Of a stretch of DNA of 64,000 nt, positions 1-19,632 are shown piece by piece; position 1 is the first letter of the stretch; every line of letters starts with the position of its first letter. Origin of the DNA: the human T2T-CHM13v2.0 reference genome, Homo sapiens; assembly GCF_009914755.1 (NCBI RefSeq), contig NC_060947.1; one strand, given 5' to 3'. The position numbers and the translations under genes are program-made. The notes under the pieces were generated by a model. It was not told where the DNA came from and did not search any database. It saw nothing but the letters and a program-made list of their open reading frames with translations.

Positions 1-61
1 TGATGAAATTATACTTATAACAAACGTCCATGACACGATTTTACCAGTATAACAAACATTC
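1..61 (+). mobile_element. 3' UTR end of an older L1 (L1PB/L1MA-type), split by L1 A and resuming at 5669-5710
   Basis: tgatgaaatt...acaaacgtccatgacacgattttacc..aacaaac resembles the L1PB-type 3' end. The continuation catctgtaccccaaaaactgaaacaaaagtttaaaaaaa follows at ~5672. Confidence 0.65.
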
Positions 62-71
62 GGGGGGTGGA

Positions 72-82
72 GCCAAGATGGC
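72..82 (+). promoter_or_regulatory. YY1-type motif of the L1 internal promoter (also 28213-28223 in C and 54258-54267 in G)
   Basis: (g)ccaagatggc at the known L1 +13..+21 YY1 position; the adjacent CpG has decayed. Confidence 0.7.
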
Positions 83-1077
83 TGAATAGGAACAGCTCCA
101 GTCTACAGCTCCCAGCATGAGCGACACAGAAGACAAATGATTTTTGCATTTCCAACTGAGGTACTGGGTTCATCTCACTGGGAATTGTTGGACAGTGGGC
201 GCAGGACAGTGAGTGCAGTGTACCAAGCCTGAGCCAAAGCAGGACAAGGCATCACCTCACCTGGGAAGCACAAGGGGTCAGGGAATTCCCTTTCCTAGCC
301 AAGGACAGATGGCACCTGGAAAATCAGGTCACTCCCACCCTAATACTGCGCTTTTCTGATGGTCTTAGAAAACGGCACACTAGATTATATCCTGGGCCTG
401 GCTAAGAGGGTCCTACGCCCACGGAGCCTCACTCATTGCTAGAAAGCAGTCCAAGATCAAACTGCAAGGCAGCAGTGAGGTTGGGGGAGGAGCGCAGGCA
501 ATTGCTGAGGCTTGAGGAGGTAAAAAAAGTGGCTGGGAAGCTTGAACTGGGTGTAGCCCACTGCAGCTCAAGGAGGCCTGCCTGCCTCCATAGACTCCAA
601 CTCTGCAGGCAGGGCATAGCCAAACAAAAGGCAGTAGAAACCTCTGCAGACGTAAATGTCCCTGTCTGACAGCTTTGAACATAGTAGCAGTTCCCCCAGC
701 ACACAGCCGGAAATCTGAGAATGGACAGACTGCCTCCTCAAGTGGGTCCCTGACCCCCAAGTAGCCTAAAAGGGAGGCACCCCCCAATAGGGGCAGACAG
801 ACACCTCACATGGCAGGGTACTCCTCTGAGATCAAACTTCCAGAGGACCGATCAGGAAGCAACATTTGCTGTTCACCAACATCTGCTGTTCTGCAGGCTC
901 CGCTGCTGATACCCAGGCAAACAGGCTCTGGAATGGACCTCCAGCGAACTCCAACAGGCCTGCAGCTGAGGGTCCTGACTGTTAGAAAGAAAACTAACAA
1001 GCAGAAAGGAGATCCACACCAAAACCCCATCTGTATGTCACCATGATCAAAGACCAAAGGTAGATAAAACCATAAAG

Positions 1078-2410
<1,333 letters not shown>

Positions 2411-2472
2411 GATCATCGAGGCTAGGAAGAAACTGCATCAACTAACAAGCAAAATAACCAGCTAACATCATA

Positions 2473-5086
<2,614 letters not shown>

Positions 5087-5295
5087 ACAATGAGAACACA
5101 TGGACACAGGAAGGGGAACTTCACACACTGGGGCCTGTTGTGGGGTGGGAGGAGGGGGAGGGATAGCATTAGGAGATATACCTAATGCTAAATGACGAGT
5201 TAATGGGTGCAGCACACCAACATGGCACATGTATACATATGTAAGAAATATGCACATTTTGCACATGTACCCTAAAACTTAAAGTATAATAAATA

Positions 5296-5668
5296 AAAAA
5301 TGTGGCACTTATACACCATGGAATACTATGCAGCCATAAAAAATGATGAGTTCATGCCCTTTGTATAGAGTTGGATGAAGGTGGAAACCATCATTCTCAG
5401 CAAACCATCGTAAGGACAAAAAACCAAACACCACATGTTCTCACTCATAGGTGGGAATGGAACAATGAGAACACATGGACACAGGAAGGGGAACATCACA
5501 CACTGGGGCCTGTTGTGGGGAGGGGTGGAGGGGAGGGCTAGCATTTAGCATTAGGAGATACACCTAATGTTAAATGATGAGTTAAGGGGTGCAGCACACC
5601 AACATGGCACATGTAACTAACCTGCACGTTGTGCACATGTACCCTAAAACTTAAAGAATAATAAAAAA
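5296..5668 (+). mobile_element. 5'-truncated L1 3' end (L1PA4-like) directly behind the tail of copy A
   Basis: A second copy of the last ~370 bp of L1 with different diagnostics (aaaatgatgag, aatgttaaatg, aactaacc) and its own A-rich tail. Confidence 0.85.
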
Positions 5669-5710
5669 ATTCATCTGTACCCCAAAAACTGAAACAAAAG
5701 TTTAAAAAAA

Positions 5711-8125
<2,415 letters not shown>

Positions 8126-8400
8126 ATGAAGGCCTTCCCTGAATACTTCTAGTACCGGCACAGTACTAGAATCTATAGAGTATTTTTGTGACAACAGAAT
8201 TCAGAAACTGATGAAAATGCCACATTTCACCTCTTAAATTCTAATCTTCCTGTGCCTATTCATTCCTTGGTTTCTCAGTGGGATATTATTCAGGATCAAA
8301 ATCATGATGTTGGTCCAAGTTGTCTTTCATTCCCATTTTATCCTATATACTCACATGCTGCTGCTAATGCCTCCTGTTGCAGAAGAAATTGATCTGATAA

Positions 8401-8466
8401 ATATATCATACATATATATAAAATATATGTATATATATAAAATATATGTATATATATAAAATATAA
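8401..8466. repeat. (TA)-rich low-complexity repeat
   Basis: atatataaaatatatgtatatatataaaatatatgtat... Confidence 0.8.
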
Positions 8467-8899
8467 CTATATTTAGATTGAAGCACAAAAGACTTAGGAT
8501 GATATTCCTTCATGGATTATTGCATTTTAAAAGATGCTGGAAGAAGGCAATGACAAACACAAAACTAGAGAATGTAACTACATTGACAATTCTGGAAAGC
8601 AACTTTGGTCCATCACAAAAGACAATGTGATCAAAGTGGAAAACAGAATGAAAGTCTGTCACTGATTTACCCAGAAGGACTTAACACAAACAGTGCAAAT
8701 GTGAAGAAGTTATTTTCCTTTCTATTTTGGAGACCATTCATTGCTATGAAAGGGTTTCAATCAGCTTACTTTAAGGTTTCTTTCAGACTTAAATTTTATG
8801 AATTGCCAATGATGGAGACCTTCCAAACAGGCTTCAGGTTACACCACAAAGGCTATTTTGGCTGTTTATGAACAAAGCTGACTATGAATATAAGCTCTT

Positions 8900-9430
8900 C
8901 ACTTCACCTAGGAACATTGAAAAAAACTTCAGAAAGGACAAGTAGGATTTTTCCAGGTAGCAAATGATAGAGAAGGACATTCCAGGTAAAGAGTAAAATA
9001 TATAAAGTAATATACCAGTATGTAAGAATGTGCTGTATTGAAAAAATAAGGAGTAGTTGGATGAGGCTAGAGGATCATTTATATGGTGGGAGTTCAACCT
9101 AAAGTAGTTTAGGTTCACACTGTGAAAGGCACTGAATGCTATTCCCAGTGTTAGAAATTAATCCATAAGCAATGGATAACCACTGAGGATTTGTAAACTA
9201 GGGTGTGAAATGATCACATCTGTGCTTTAGGACAAAACCTCTGGCTACAATGTAAAGCATAGATTTTAGGAGAGCAGCGTAGAAGCAGAGAAGCTTTTTG
9301 GGAAGTTATTGCAGAAATCTAAACAGAAGGTGATGAGAGCCTGAATTTCTCCTCCAAGAAGAAAATGAGAATGGAATGAGAAAATAAGGAATGGGGCAGA
9401 GAAAGATGAGTGGTACTTTGCAGGAAAGCA
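8900..9430 (-). mobile_element. L2 fragment
   Basis: Purine-rich L2-like phrases (gacattccaggtaaagag, aagcaatggataaccactgaggatttg, atgatcacatctgtgctttag, aaacctctggctacaatg, ggtgatgagagcctgaa). Confidence 0.7.
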
Positions 9431-9989
9431 ATATCGAGATAACCACGTGGCTCTTCCTTAAGCCTTCCCAGGGCAAATACAAAGCCTTACACCTTTTTCT
9501 GTCTCCTATAATTTCCAGTTCTTTGCTGGGCTCAAAAGAGGCATAGGACCCACTAAGCAATAATAGTTGAAGATTCAGGAAGTTCTTGGTTCTACTAAGG
9601 TTTCTAAGCTAGCTTTCACTTGAAGTAACACAAAATTGAGCATAAAGAAGTCCCCCAGAAATATTTCAAGTGAGTCAAAAAGTCTGATTTAAATAACATT
9701 AAGCTCTTGGTTTTTTGATAAAGGATTAATTTGTCATTCCCTACTAACAAGGCAGGACTAGGCTTTAGCAAAAGACTTGCAGGACTTCCAGAGAGATTTT
9801 CATGAATCTTTCGATTAGAACTCTCATTTCATGGACCATATTTTCTGTTCTTGCTTCTATCATAAAGTACATCCTGTTTTTTTCCAAGAATGGCATATTA
9901 GAGTCTTTTAGAATGGCTCAGCCACTTGGAAATAGAAAAATAGTGCATAATGATCAATTCTGTGAGCTTTAATTCAAGAAGGAAAATGG

Positions 9990-11578
9990 GAATCTACCAA
10001 AATCATGAAGAACACACCACATGCCAGGAGGAGAATGTAGAGGAAAGCCTCTATGATGGTGTCCAGTTGATAAAAGTGAGTGAAACCCCAGTATGTGAGA
10101 GGGACAGAGAGGTTCCCTTCTGTGACTCACTTTTCCACTGCAGATATGAGAAACCAAGGCCAAGGGAGAACACTTTGTTTCTCCCAAGCCCTGGAGCTAA
10201 TTTGGGGAGAGGCTTGGAGATGCTGACAGGGAAAGACACCAGGAAAAATGTCAGGCATTTTCCCAGACCTGGGATCAAGAGCAGGATGCCATTTTTAATC
10301 TGGGTACATAGTAAGTCAATCGATCATTGTTGACTCAGCAGCATGGCCATGCAGGCCGTTTAATTTTAGGCCAGAAATTGGAGCACTTTCTCTGGAGCAG
10401 GGTAGGGGTCTCCACAGACAAAGCTGTAGAAAGTGCTTCAGCAGTCGGCACTGGAGTTATGCTATCCCCTACTACAGGCCTGGGGAGAGAGGAGAGCTGC
10501 TACAGCCATGTTTTCTCCTGGGTAATGAGTCTTTCAGCCAGAGCCAGCCTGGCAACCCAGAAATGGTCTGTTTGTGTCATCTCTGGGTACCCCGGGCTGC
10601 TCTCCTGTGATTATTGTGCAATGGGGCACTCTCAACTCCATAACCAGGCAGAAATCCAGGACTTCAGAACAACTGCTTACATGGACTAGCAGCCTGAGTC
10701 ACCCCATCTTTCCTGTGCAAATATTTGAGTGCAAGAGGTTCATTTCTACTTCATGCCCTGAAAGATCTTCAGGCTCTCACAGTACCTGTTCTCTTGGACT
10801 AGCAGCCTGAGCCAGCCCACCCTTCCTGTGCATAGATCATGGTACAGTGGAGACCTCTCTGCTCCATGCCCAGGCAGATCTCCAGGAATTCAGAGCACCC
10901 ACTCACATAGAATAGCAGCCAGACCTGCCCCACCCTCTCAGTGCAGAAATCCTGGTACAATAGGACCCTCTCTGCTCCATGCCCAGGCAGATATACAGGC
11001 ATGCAAAGCATCTGCTCACTTGAATTGGCAGCCTGAGCTGCCCAAAATTTCATGTGCAGAGGTCCAGGTGCAGGGAGGCCCTCTCTGCTTTATGTCCACC
11101 ATATCTCCAGACATTTGGAGTACTCATTCACCAAAATCATGATCTTGAGCTGTCTCACCCTTCATATGCAGAGTCTGTGTTGAAGTGGGGCCCTTCTGTT
11201 CCATGCCCAGGCAGGTCTCCAGGCATTCAGAGCACCCACTCACCTGGATCAGCAGCCTGAACCACCCAACCATTCCTGTGAAGAGTGTGATGTAGCAGAG
11301 CACTCTATGCTCCATGCCCAGTCATATCTCCAGACATCTGGAACACCCATTCTCCTGGATTAGGAGTTTAGGCCACCCTCCCCTTGCCAGAAAGAGAAAT
11401 TGGGACTAAGGAGATTTCCCAGATCCACACCTTGGCATACATTTGGGTGCATGGTGGCTACCCACTGGACCCTCCCTTGGTGCTGGTAGTTGTGCCTGCC
11501 ACTGGGACACCTATAGGAGGGCCTTCCCAGTCCAGCCCTGCCCATCTTTGTCTACCCCTGTGGGGCTGAGCATGGATC
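9990..11578 (+). mobile_element. 5' UTR of an older L1 (L1PB/L1MA era) with an internal tandem array
   Basis: GC-richer block resembling old primate L1 5' UTRs; joined directly to L1 ORF2 sequence at ~11580. Confidence 0.65.
10650..11362 (+). repeat. ~6 diverged tandem units of 112-113 bp
   Basis: agcagcc(tgag)-type anchor at 10688, 10801, 10914, 11027, ~11139 and 11251. The unit contains ctctgctccatgcccaggcagatctccagg..cagagcacccactcac. Confidence 0.9.
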
Positions 11579-11579
11579 C

Positions 11580-11832
11580 AAAACATTCCTGAAAAGAGAG
11601 ATGTAAAAATCCTCAACAAAATATGAGCAAACTGAATCCAGCAGCACATCAATATGCTAATTCATCCCAATCAAGTAGGCTTTATTCCTTGAATGCAAGG
11701 TTGGTTTAACATATCAATAAATATGATTCACTACATAAACAGAATTAAAAACAAAAACTATATAATCATCTCAATAGATGCAGAAAAGCTTTCGATAAAA
11801 TCTAATATCCATTCATCATAAAAAGCCTCAAC
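11580..11832 (+). mobile_element. Isolated ~250-bp L1 ORF2 (RT) fragment between two different L1 5' UTR segments
   Basis: aaaatcctcaacaaaata...gaatccagcagcacatc...atctcaatagatgcagaaaa. Confidence 0.85.
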
Positions 11833-13762
11833 ACACCAGCATTAATGTGCATATGCAGAGACATCTACCTCAAGCCCACAGACACCACTTCCCTGCTGAT
11901 GCACATGTCCCCTGCTACACTACTACAGCCATGGCTGGCATGGCCAAGTGCACAGATACCACTGCACTGCAACCTCCAGCATGCATGTACACTCTGCATC
12001 ACCACTGCTCCTGCTGGCACACATATGTGCACATAAGTGTGACTGCCTCACCTCCCCAGGCGGCCCACTGCCACCAACATACATGCGCCATGCCATACCA
12101 CCACTGCTTTTGGCACGTACATGTGAATGTGAACTCTGCGGCCAATGCCCTGATTAAGTTCACTAACTGGAACTCCCCCATCAAAGTGTTGTTACCACTG
12201 GACCAGAAACACCTCAGGCCCTCCTGTGCAGCAGTTTCTTAACCTCAAGGAGCCAGGGAACAAAGCTGTGGGCTTGGAACCAGCACCCCAGTGTTAGCGC
12301 ATTCAGCCAAGGAGTGCTGAGATGAGCCTTGGCCCCCTGAAATCTTCCAGAAATTAAGCAAGTCTATTTAACTCACCTAATACAACAATCAAACCCTCAA
12401 GGGCATCAAAGAATATAAAAGCAAAAAAACCATCCAAAGGACATTAATTTCAGATTAAAGGACTATCAGCCAACACAGATGAGAAAGAACCAGCACAAGA
12501 ACTCTGGCATGCAAAAAGCCAGAGTGTCTCTTTACTTCCAAATGACCACACTAGTTCCAAAGCAATGATGGTTAACCAGGCTGAAATGGCTAAAATAATA
12601 TACATAGAATTCAGAATCTGGATAAGAATGAAGACTTTCAAGATTCAAGGGAAAGTCAAAACCAAATCCAAGGAATCTAAGGAGCCCCATAAAATGATTC
12701 ACAAGCTTAAAGATAAAATAGTCATTTTAAGAAAGAACAAGACTGAACTGATAGAGCTAATAAAAACCTACTATAAGAATTTTATAATATGATCAGAAGT
12801 ATTAATAGAGGAATGGACCTAGCTGAGGAAATAATCTCAAGCTCAAAGACTGGTTCCTTCAATCAACTCAGTTATACAAAAAATAAAGAAAAAATATTTT
12901 TTTGTAAAGAAAAGAATGAACAGAACTTCCGAGAAATACAGGATTATATGAAAAAAAATAAATCTGTGACTCATTGGCATCCATGAACAAGAAGGAGAAA
13001 GAACAAGTAACTTAGAAAATATATTTGAGGATATAGTCCCCAAAAATTTCCCCAACTTCACTACAGAGGTCAACATTCAAATTCAGGAAATACAAAGATC
13101 CCCTGTGAGATACCCTACAAGATGACTATCCCCAAGACACATAGTCATCAGACTCTCGAAGGTCAACATGAAATAAAGAATATTAAGGGCAGCTAGAGAG
13201 AAGGGGCAGGTCACTTACAATGAGAATCACATCAGGCTAACAGCAGACCTTTCAGCAGAAACCCTACAAGCCAGAAGACATTGGGAGCCTACATTTACCA
13301 TTCTTAAAGAAAAGAAATTCCAACCAAAAATTTCATATCCAGCTGAACTAAGCCTTATAAGTGAAGGAGAAATAAGATCCTTTTCTGACAAGCAAATGCT
13401 AAGGAAGCTCTTTACCATGAGATCTGCTTTACAAGAGGTCCTTAAGGAGTGCTAAACCTGAAAATGAAAGACGATTGCCAGCCAACAAAGAAGCACACTT
13501 AGTGTACACAGACCATTGACAATAGAAAGCAACTACACAATCAAGTTTACATAACAACCAGCTGAAAACATGATGACTGGATGAAAGCTGCACATACCAA
13601 TATTCACCTTGAATGTAAATGGACTAAATGCCCACACTTAAAAGCAGATGACAAGCTGGATAAAGAAGCAAGACTTAACTGTATGTTGTCTTCAAGAGAC
13701 CTATCTCTCATACAATGATACCCATAGGCTCAAAGTAAAGAGATGGAAAAAAAGTCTACCAA

Positions 13763-14050
13763 GGCCAGCTGCAGTGGCTAACACCTGTATAATTCCAGCA
13801 CTTTGGGAGGCTGAGGTGGGTGGATCACCTGAGGTCAAGAGTTCAAGACCAGCCTGGCCAAAATGGTGAAACCTCATCTCTACTAAAAATACAAAAATTA
13901 GCCAGGCATGGTGGCATGTGCCTGTAATCCCAGCTACTCAGGAGGCTGAGCAGAATCTCTTGAACTCAGGAGGTGGAGGTTGCAGTGAGCCGAGTTCATA
14001 CCAGTGCACTCCAGCCTGGGGGATAGAGTGAGACTTTGTGTCAAAAAAAA
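13763..14050 (+). mobile_element. AluSx/Sz in ORF2 of B
   Basis: gatcacctgaggtc..gttcaagaccagcctggcc; TSD core agtctaccaa(g) on both sides. Confidence 0.93.
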
Positions 14051-15006
14051 AAAATAGTCTACCAAGCAAATAGAAAACAAAAAGAGTGGGGATTGCTATT
14101 CTAATTTCAGGCAAAACAGACTTCAAACTAACAATAATCAAAAAAAGACAAGTAAGGGCATTACATAATTATAAAGGGTTCATTTCAACAAGAAGACTTA
14201 ACTAACCTAAATATATATACCTCACTGACATTACTAGATGGATCATCAAGGCAGAAAATTAACAAAGATATTTAAAACCTAAACTTGACACTTGACCAAA
14301 TGAGCCTAACAGACACCTACCAAACACTCTGCCCAACAACAGAATATATATATTTTCTCATATGCACATGGCACATACTCTAAAATTGACCACATTTTTA
14401 GCCATAAAACAATTCTCAAAAAATTCAAAAAAACTAAAATCATACCAGCCATACTCTTAGACCACACCACAATAAAAACAAATCAATACTAAGAAGGTGT
14501 CTCAAAACTATACAATGACATTGAAATTAAACAATCTGCTCCTGAATGACTTCTGGATAAACAATAAAATTAAAGCAGAAATCAAGAAATTCATTAAAAC
14601 TAATGACAATGAAGATACAACATAACAAAATCTCTGGGACACAGAAAAAGCAATATTAAGAGGAAACTTTGTACTGTTAAATGCCCACATGAAAAAGTTA
14701 GAAAGATCTCTAATTAACAGCCTAAACTCATAAATAGAGGAACTAGAATAACAAGGGAAAAGTAATTCAAACCTAACAGAAAAAAACTGACCAAAATCAG
14801 AGCTAAACTCAATGAAATTGAGACAAGAAAAACCACACAAAACATAAATGAAATCAAAAGTTGCTTCTGTGAAAGAACAAATAAGATTAATAGAGCAACT
14901 GCTAAACAAATCAAGAAAAGAGAGAGAGAGAATCCAAATAAACACAATCAGAAATGACAAATGGACATTACCACCAACCCCATAGAAGTATAAAAACGCT
15001 TAGAGA

Positions 15007-16356
15007 TTTTTTTGTCTTTTTAAAATTTAATTTAATTTTAAGTTCCAGGATACATGTGCAGGATGTGCAGGTTTATTACATAGGTAAACATGTGCCATGG
15101 TGATTTGCTACACCAATCAATTGCAGCAAACCCAGGTATTAAGCCATGCATGCATTAGCTATTTATCCTGATACTCTCTAACCCCCAACCCCACCCCCAG
15201 AGACCCCAATGTGTGTTGTTCCCCTCCCTGTGTCCATATGTACTCATTGTTCAGCTTCAACGTAGAAGTGAAAATATGTGGTGTTTGGTTTTCTGTCCCT
15301 GTGTTAGTTTGCTGAGGATAATGGCTTCAGGATCCATCCATGTCCCTGCAAAGAACATGATCTCATTCTTTTTTATGGCTGCATAGTATTCCATGGTATA
15401 TGTGTACCACATTTTCTTTATCCTGTCTATCATTGGTGGGCATTTGGGTTGATTCCATGTCTTTGCTATTGTGAATAGTGCTGCAGTGAACATAAGCATG
15501 CATGTCTCTTTATAATACAATGATTTTTATTCCTTTGGGTATATATGCAGTAATGGGATTGCTGGGTCAAATGGTATTTCTGCCTCTAGGTATTTGAAGA
15601 ATTGCCACACTGTCTCCCACAATGGTTAAACTAATTAACATTCCCACCAACACTGTAAAAGCGTTCCTATTTCTTCACAGCTGTGCCAGCATCTGTTATT
15701 TCTTGACTTTTTAATAATTGCCATTCTGACTGGCATGAAATGGTATCTCATTGTGGCTCTGATTTCCATTTAATGATCAGTGATGTTGAGCTTTTTTTCA
15801 TATGTTTGTTGGCAGCATAAATGTCTTGTTTTAAGAAGTGTGTGTTCCATGCACACATATGTTTATTGTGGCACTATTCACAATAGCAAAGACTTGGAAC
15901 CAACCCAAATGTCCATCAGTGATAGACTGGATTGAGAAAATGTGGCACATATACACCATGGAATACTATGCAGCCATAAAAAAGGATGAGTTCATGTATT
16001 TTGCAGGGTCATGGATGAATCTGGAAATCATCATTCTCAGCAAACTATCACAAGAACAGAAAATCAAACACCACATGTTTTCACTTATAGGTGGGAATTG
16101 AACAATGAGAACACATGGACACAGGAAGGGGAACATCACACACTGGGGCCTTCAGGGGGTAGAGGACTCGGAGAGGGACAGCATTAGGAGAAATACCTGA
16201 TGTAAATGACGAGTTGATGGGTGCAGCAAACCAAAATGGCACATGTATATCTATTCAACAAATCTACATGTTGTATACATGTACCCTAGAACTTAAAGTA
16301 CAATAAAAAAAGAAGTGTCTGTTCATGTCCTTTGCCCCACTTTATAATGGGGTTGT
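15007..16356 (-). mobile_element. 5'-truncated L1 (L1PA8-11-like), antisense in B and itself interrupted
   Basis: T-rich tail then agttccaggatacatgtgcaggatgtgcagg. Degenerate TSD aaaac(g/c)cttaga(g/c)att at ~14993-15008 and 16357-16372. Confidence 0.88.
15848..16309 (+). mobile_element. 5'-truncated L1PA6/7-like 3' end nested in the antisense L1
   Basis: TSD aagaagtgt(g/c)tgttc at 15833-15847 and 16310-16324, preceded by tttt/aa; A tail present. Confidence 0.9.
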
Positions 16357-16911
16357 AAAACCCTTAGACATTATTACAAACACCTCTATGCACACAAACT
16401 AGAAAATATGGAAAAAATAGATAAATTCTTGAAACTTACAACCTTCCAAGATTGAACCAGGAAGAAACTGAAACCCTGAACTGACTAATAATGAGTTCTG
16501 AAACTGAATCAGTAATAAAAAGCCTATCAACAAGAAAAAAACCCTGGACCAGATGGATTCACAGACAAATTCTAAGAAACATATAAAGAAGAGCTGGTAC
16601 CAATCCTACTGAAATTATTCCAAAAAACATTGAGGAGAAAAGACTTCTCCCTAACTCATTCTATGAGGCCATCATCATTCTGAAACTAAAATCTGGCAGA
16701 CATAAAACAAAAAAAAGAAAACTTCAGGGCAATATCTCTAATGAATATAGGTGCAAAACTCCTCAACAATATATTATCAAACTGAATCCAGCAGCACATC
16801 AAGAACCTAATCCACCAAGATCAAGTAGGCCTTATTCTTGCAATACAAGGTTAGTTCAACATACACAGACCAATGAATATGATTCACCAAATAAAGAGAA
16901 CTAAAAACATT

Positions 16912-17273
<362 letters not shown>

Positions 17274-19479
17274 TCAATAAAATTCAACATGTCATTATGT
17301 TAAAACCCCTCAAAAAACTAGGCATTGAAGGAACATACTTCAAAATAATAAGTGCCATCTATGACAAACCCACAGCCAATGTCATACTTAACAGGCAAAG
17401 CTAGAACTATTCCTTCTTGAGAAGTGGAACAAGACAAGGATGTCCCACTCTCACCAACCCTATTCAACATAGTACTGGAAGTTGTAGCCAGAGCAATCAG
17501 ACAAGAAAAAGAAATCAAAGGCCTCCAGATAGGAAGAGAGGAAATCAAACTCTCTCTCTCTCTTTGCAGTTAATATGATTTTCTATCTAGAAAAACCCAT
17601 AGTCTTTGTTCAAGAGCTCCTAGATCTGATAACCAACTTCAGCAATGTTTCAGAACACAAAATCAATGTATAAAACTCAGTACCATTCCCATACACCAAT
17701 AATGTCAAAACTGAGAGCCAAATCAAGAATACAATACCATTCCTAATAGCCACGAAAAGATTAAAATATCTAGAAATACACCTAACCAGGAAGATGAAAG
17801 ATCTCTACAATGAGAATTATGAAACATTGCTCAAAGTAATCATAGATGGTATGAAAAAATCAAAAATCATTTCATGCTCATGTATCGGAAGAATCAATAT
17901 CACTAAATTGCCATACCGCCCAAAGCAATTTAAAGATTCAACGCTATTTCTATCAAACTACCAATGTCATTTTTCACAGAATTAGAAAACATTATTCTAA
18001 AATGTATATGGAATCAAAAAAAGAGCACAAATAGTCAAAGCCATCCTAAGCAAAAAGAACAAAGCCAGTCACATCACATTAGCTGACTTCAAACTATAAG
18101 TAGCCAAAACAGCATGGTACTGGTATGAAAATGGACACATAAGCCAATGGAACAGAATTGAGAACCCAGAAGTAAAGCTACACACCTGCAGCCATATGAT
18201 CCTCGACAAAGTCAACAAAAACAAGCAATGAGGAAAGGATTCCTTATTCAATAAGTGGTTCTGGGATAGCTGGCTAGCCATATGCAGAAATTAAACGTGG
18301 TCCCCTACCTTTCACCATATACAAAAATTAACTCAAACTAGATTAGAGGTTTAAATGTAAAACCTCAAGTTATAAGAATCTAGAAGAAAACCTAGGAACT
18401 ACCATTCTAGGCATTGGTCTTGAGAAAGTGTCTGTGACTAGGCCCTCAATAGCAATTGCAAAGAAAACATAAATTGACAAGTGAGACCTAATTAAACTAA
18501 AGAGCTTCTGCACAACAATAGGAATCATCAATCGAGTGAACAGAAAATTTACCCAATGAGATAAAATATTTGCGAATTATGCATCCTGACAAGGGTCTAA
18601 TATCCAGAATCTATAAAGAACTTAAACATTTCAACAACAACAATAACAAAGAAAACCCTATTAAAAAGTAGGCAAAAGACATGAACAGACACTTCTTAAA
18701 AGAAGACACACAAGCCACCAACAAACACACAAAAAAATGTTTTATATCACTAACCATCAGAGAAGTGCAAGTCAAAACCTCAATGAGATAGCATCTCACA
18801 CCAATCAGAATGGCTATTACTGAAAAGTCAAAAAATAACAGATGCCAGTGAGGCTGCAGAGAAAAGGAAACACTTATACACTATTGGTGGGAATTTAAAT
18901 TAGTTCAGTCACTGTGGGAAGCAGTTTGGATATTTGCCAAATAACTTAAAACAGAACTATCATTTGACCCAGCAATCCGATTACTGGCTATATATCCAAA
19001 GAAAAATAGATCATTATACCAAAAAGACACATGCAGTCATATGTTTATTGCCACACTATTCACAGTAGCAGAAACATAGGACCAACGTAGGTGCCCATCA
19101 ATGATGAACTGGTTAAAGAAAATATGGTACATATCTACCATGGAATACTATGAGGCTATTTTAAAAAGAAGGAAATAATGTCTTTTGCAGCAACATGAAT
19201 GCACCTTTATCCTAAACAAATTAATGTAGGAACAGAGAACCTAACTCCCCATGGTCTCACTTATAAATGGGAGTGAAACATTGAGCACTCATGGACATAA
19301 AGATGGCAATAATAGACAATGAGAATTTCAAGAGGTGGGAGTGAGGGAGGTAGGGAAGAGCTGTAAAACTATCTACTGAATACTATGCTAAGTACCTGGG
19401 TGATGGGATCATTTGTGCCCCAACCCTTACAGTTTAATAACACTCTATTTATATGCTAATAGCAGTTAACAAACTGTTT

Positions 19480-19632
19480 AATAAATTTATTATTTTAGCA
19501 ATAATTATGCAACTGTTAATATGTGCAGGGCACTATTGTGGCTGGGTAGGTGGAGGGGAAGGTGGATGAATGGGGAGAGAGGATAAAATCAGATATAAAC
19601 ATTACTTTCAATGAGCTTAACATCTAGTAGAC
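19480..19632 (-). mobile_element. L2 3'-end fragment
   Basis: aatatgtgcagggcactattgtgg...ttcaatgagcttaacatctagt resembles the L2 terminus. Confidence 0.45.

Noticed and set aside
8345-8395. Minus-strand 19-nt micro-exon (cag...gtgagta)
   Set aside because: Not frame-preserving, lies next to a TA repeat and has no other support.
10650-11362. CRISPR-like array
   Set aside because: Whole units are homologous with no unique spacers, and the context is a eukaryotic L1 UTR.
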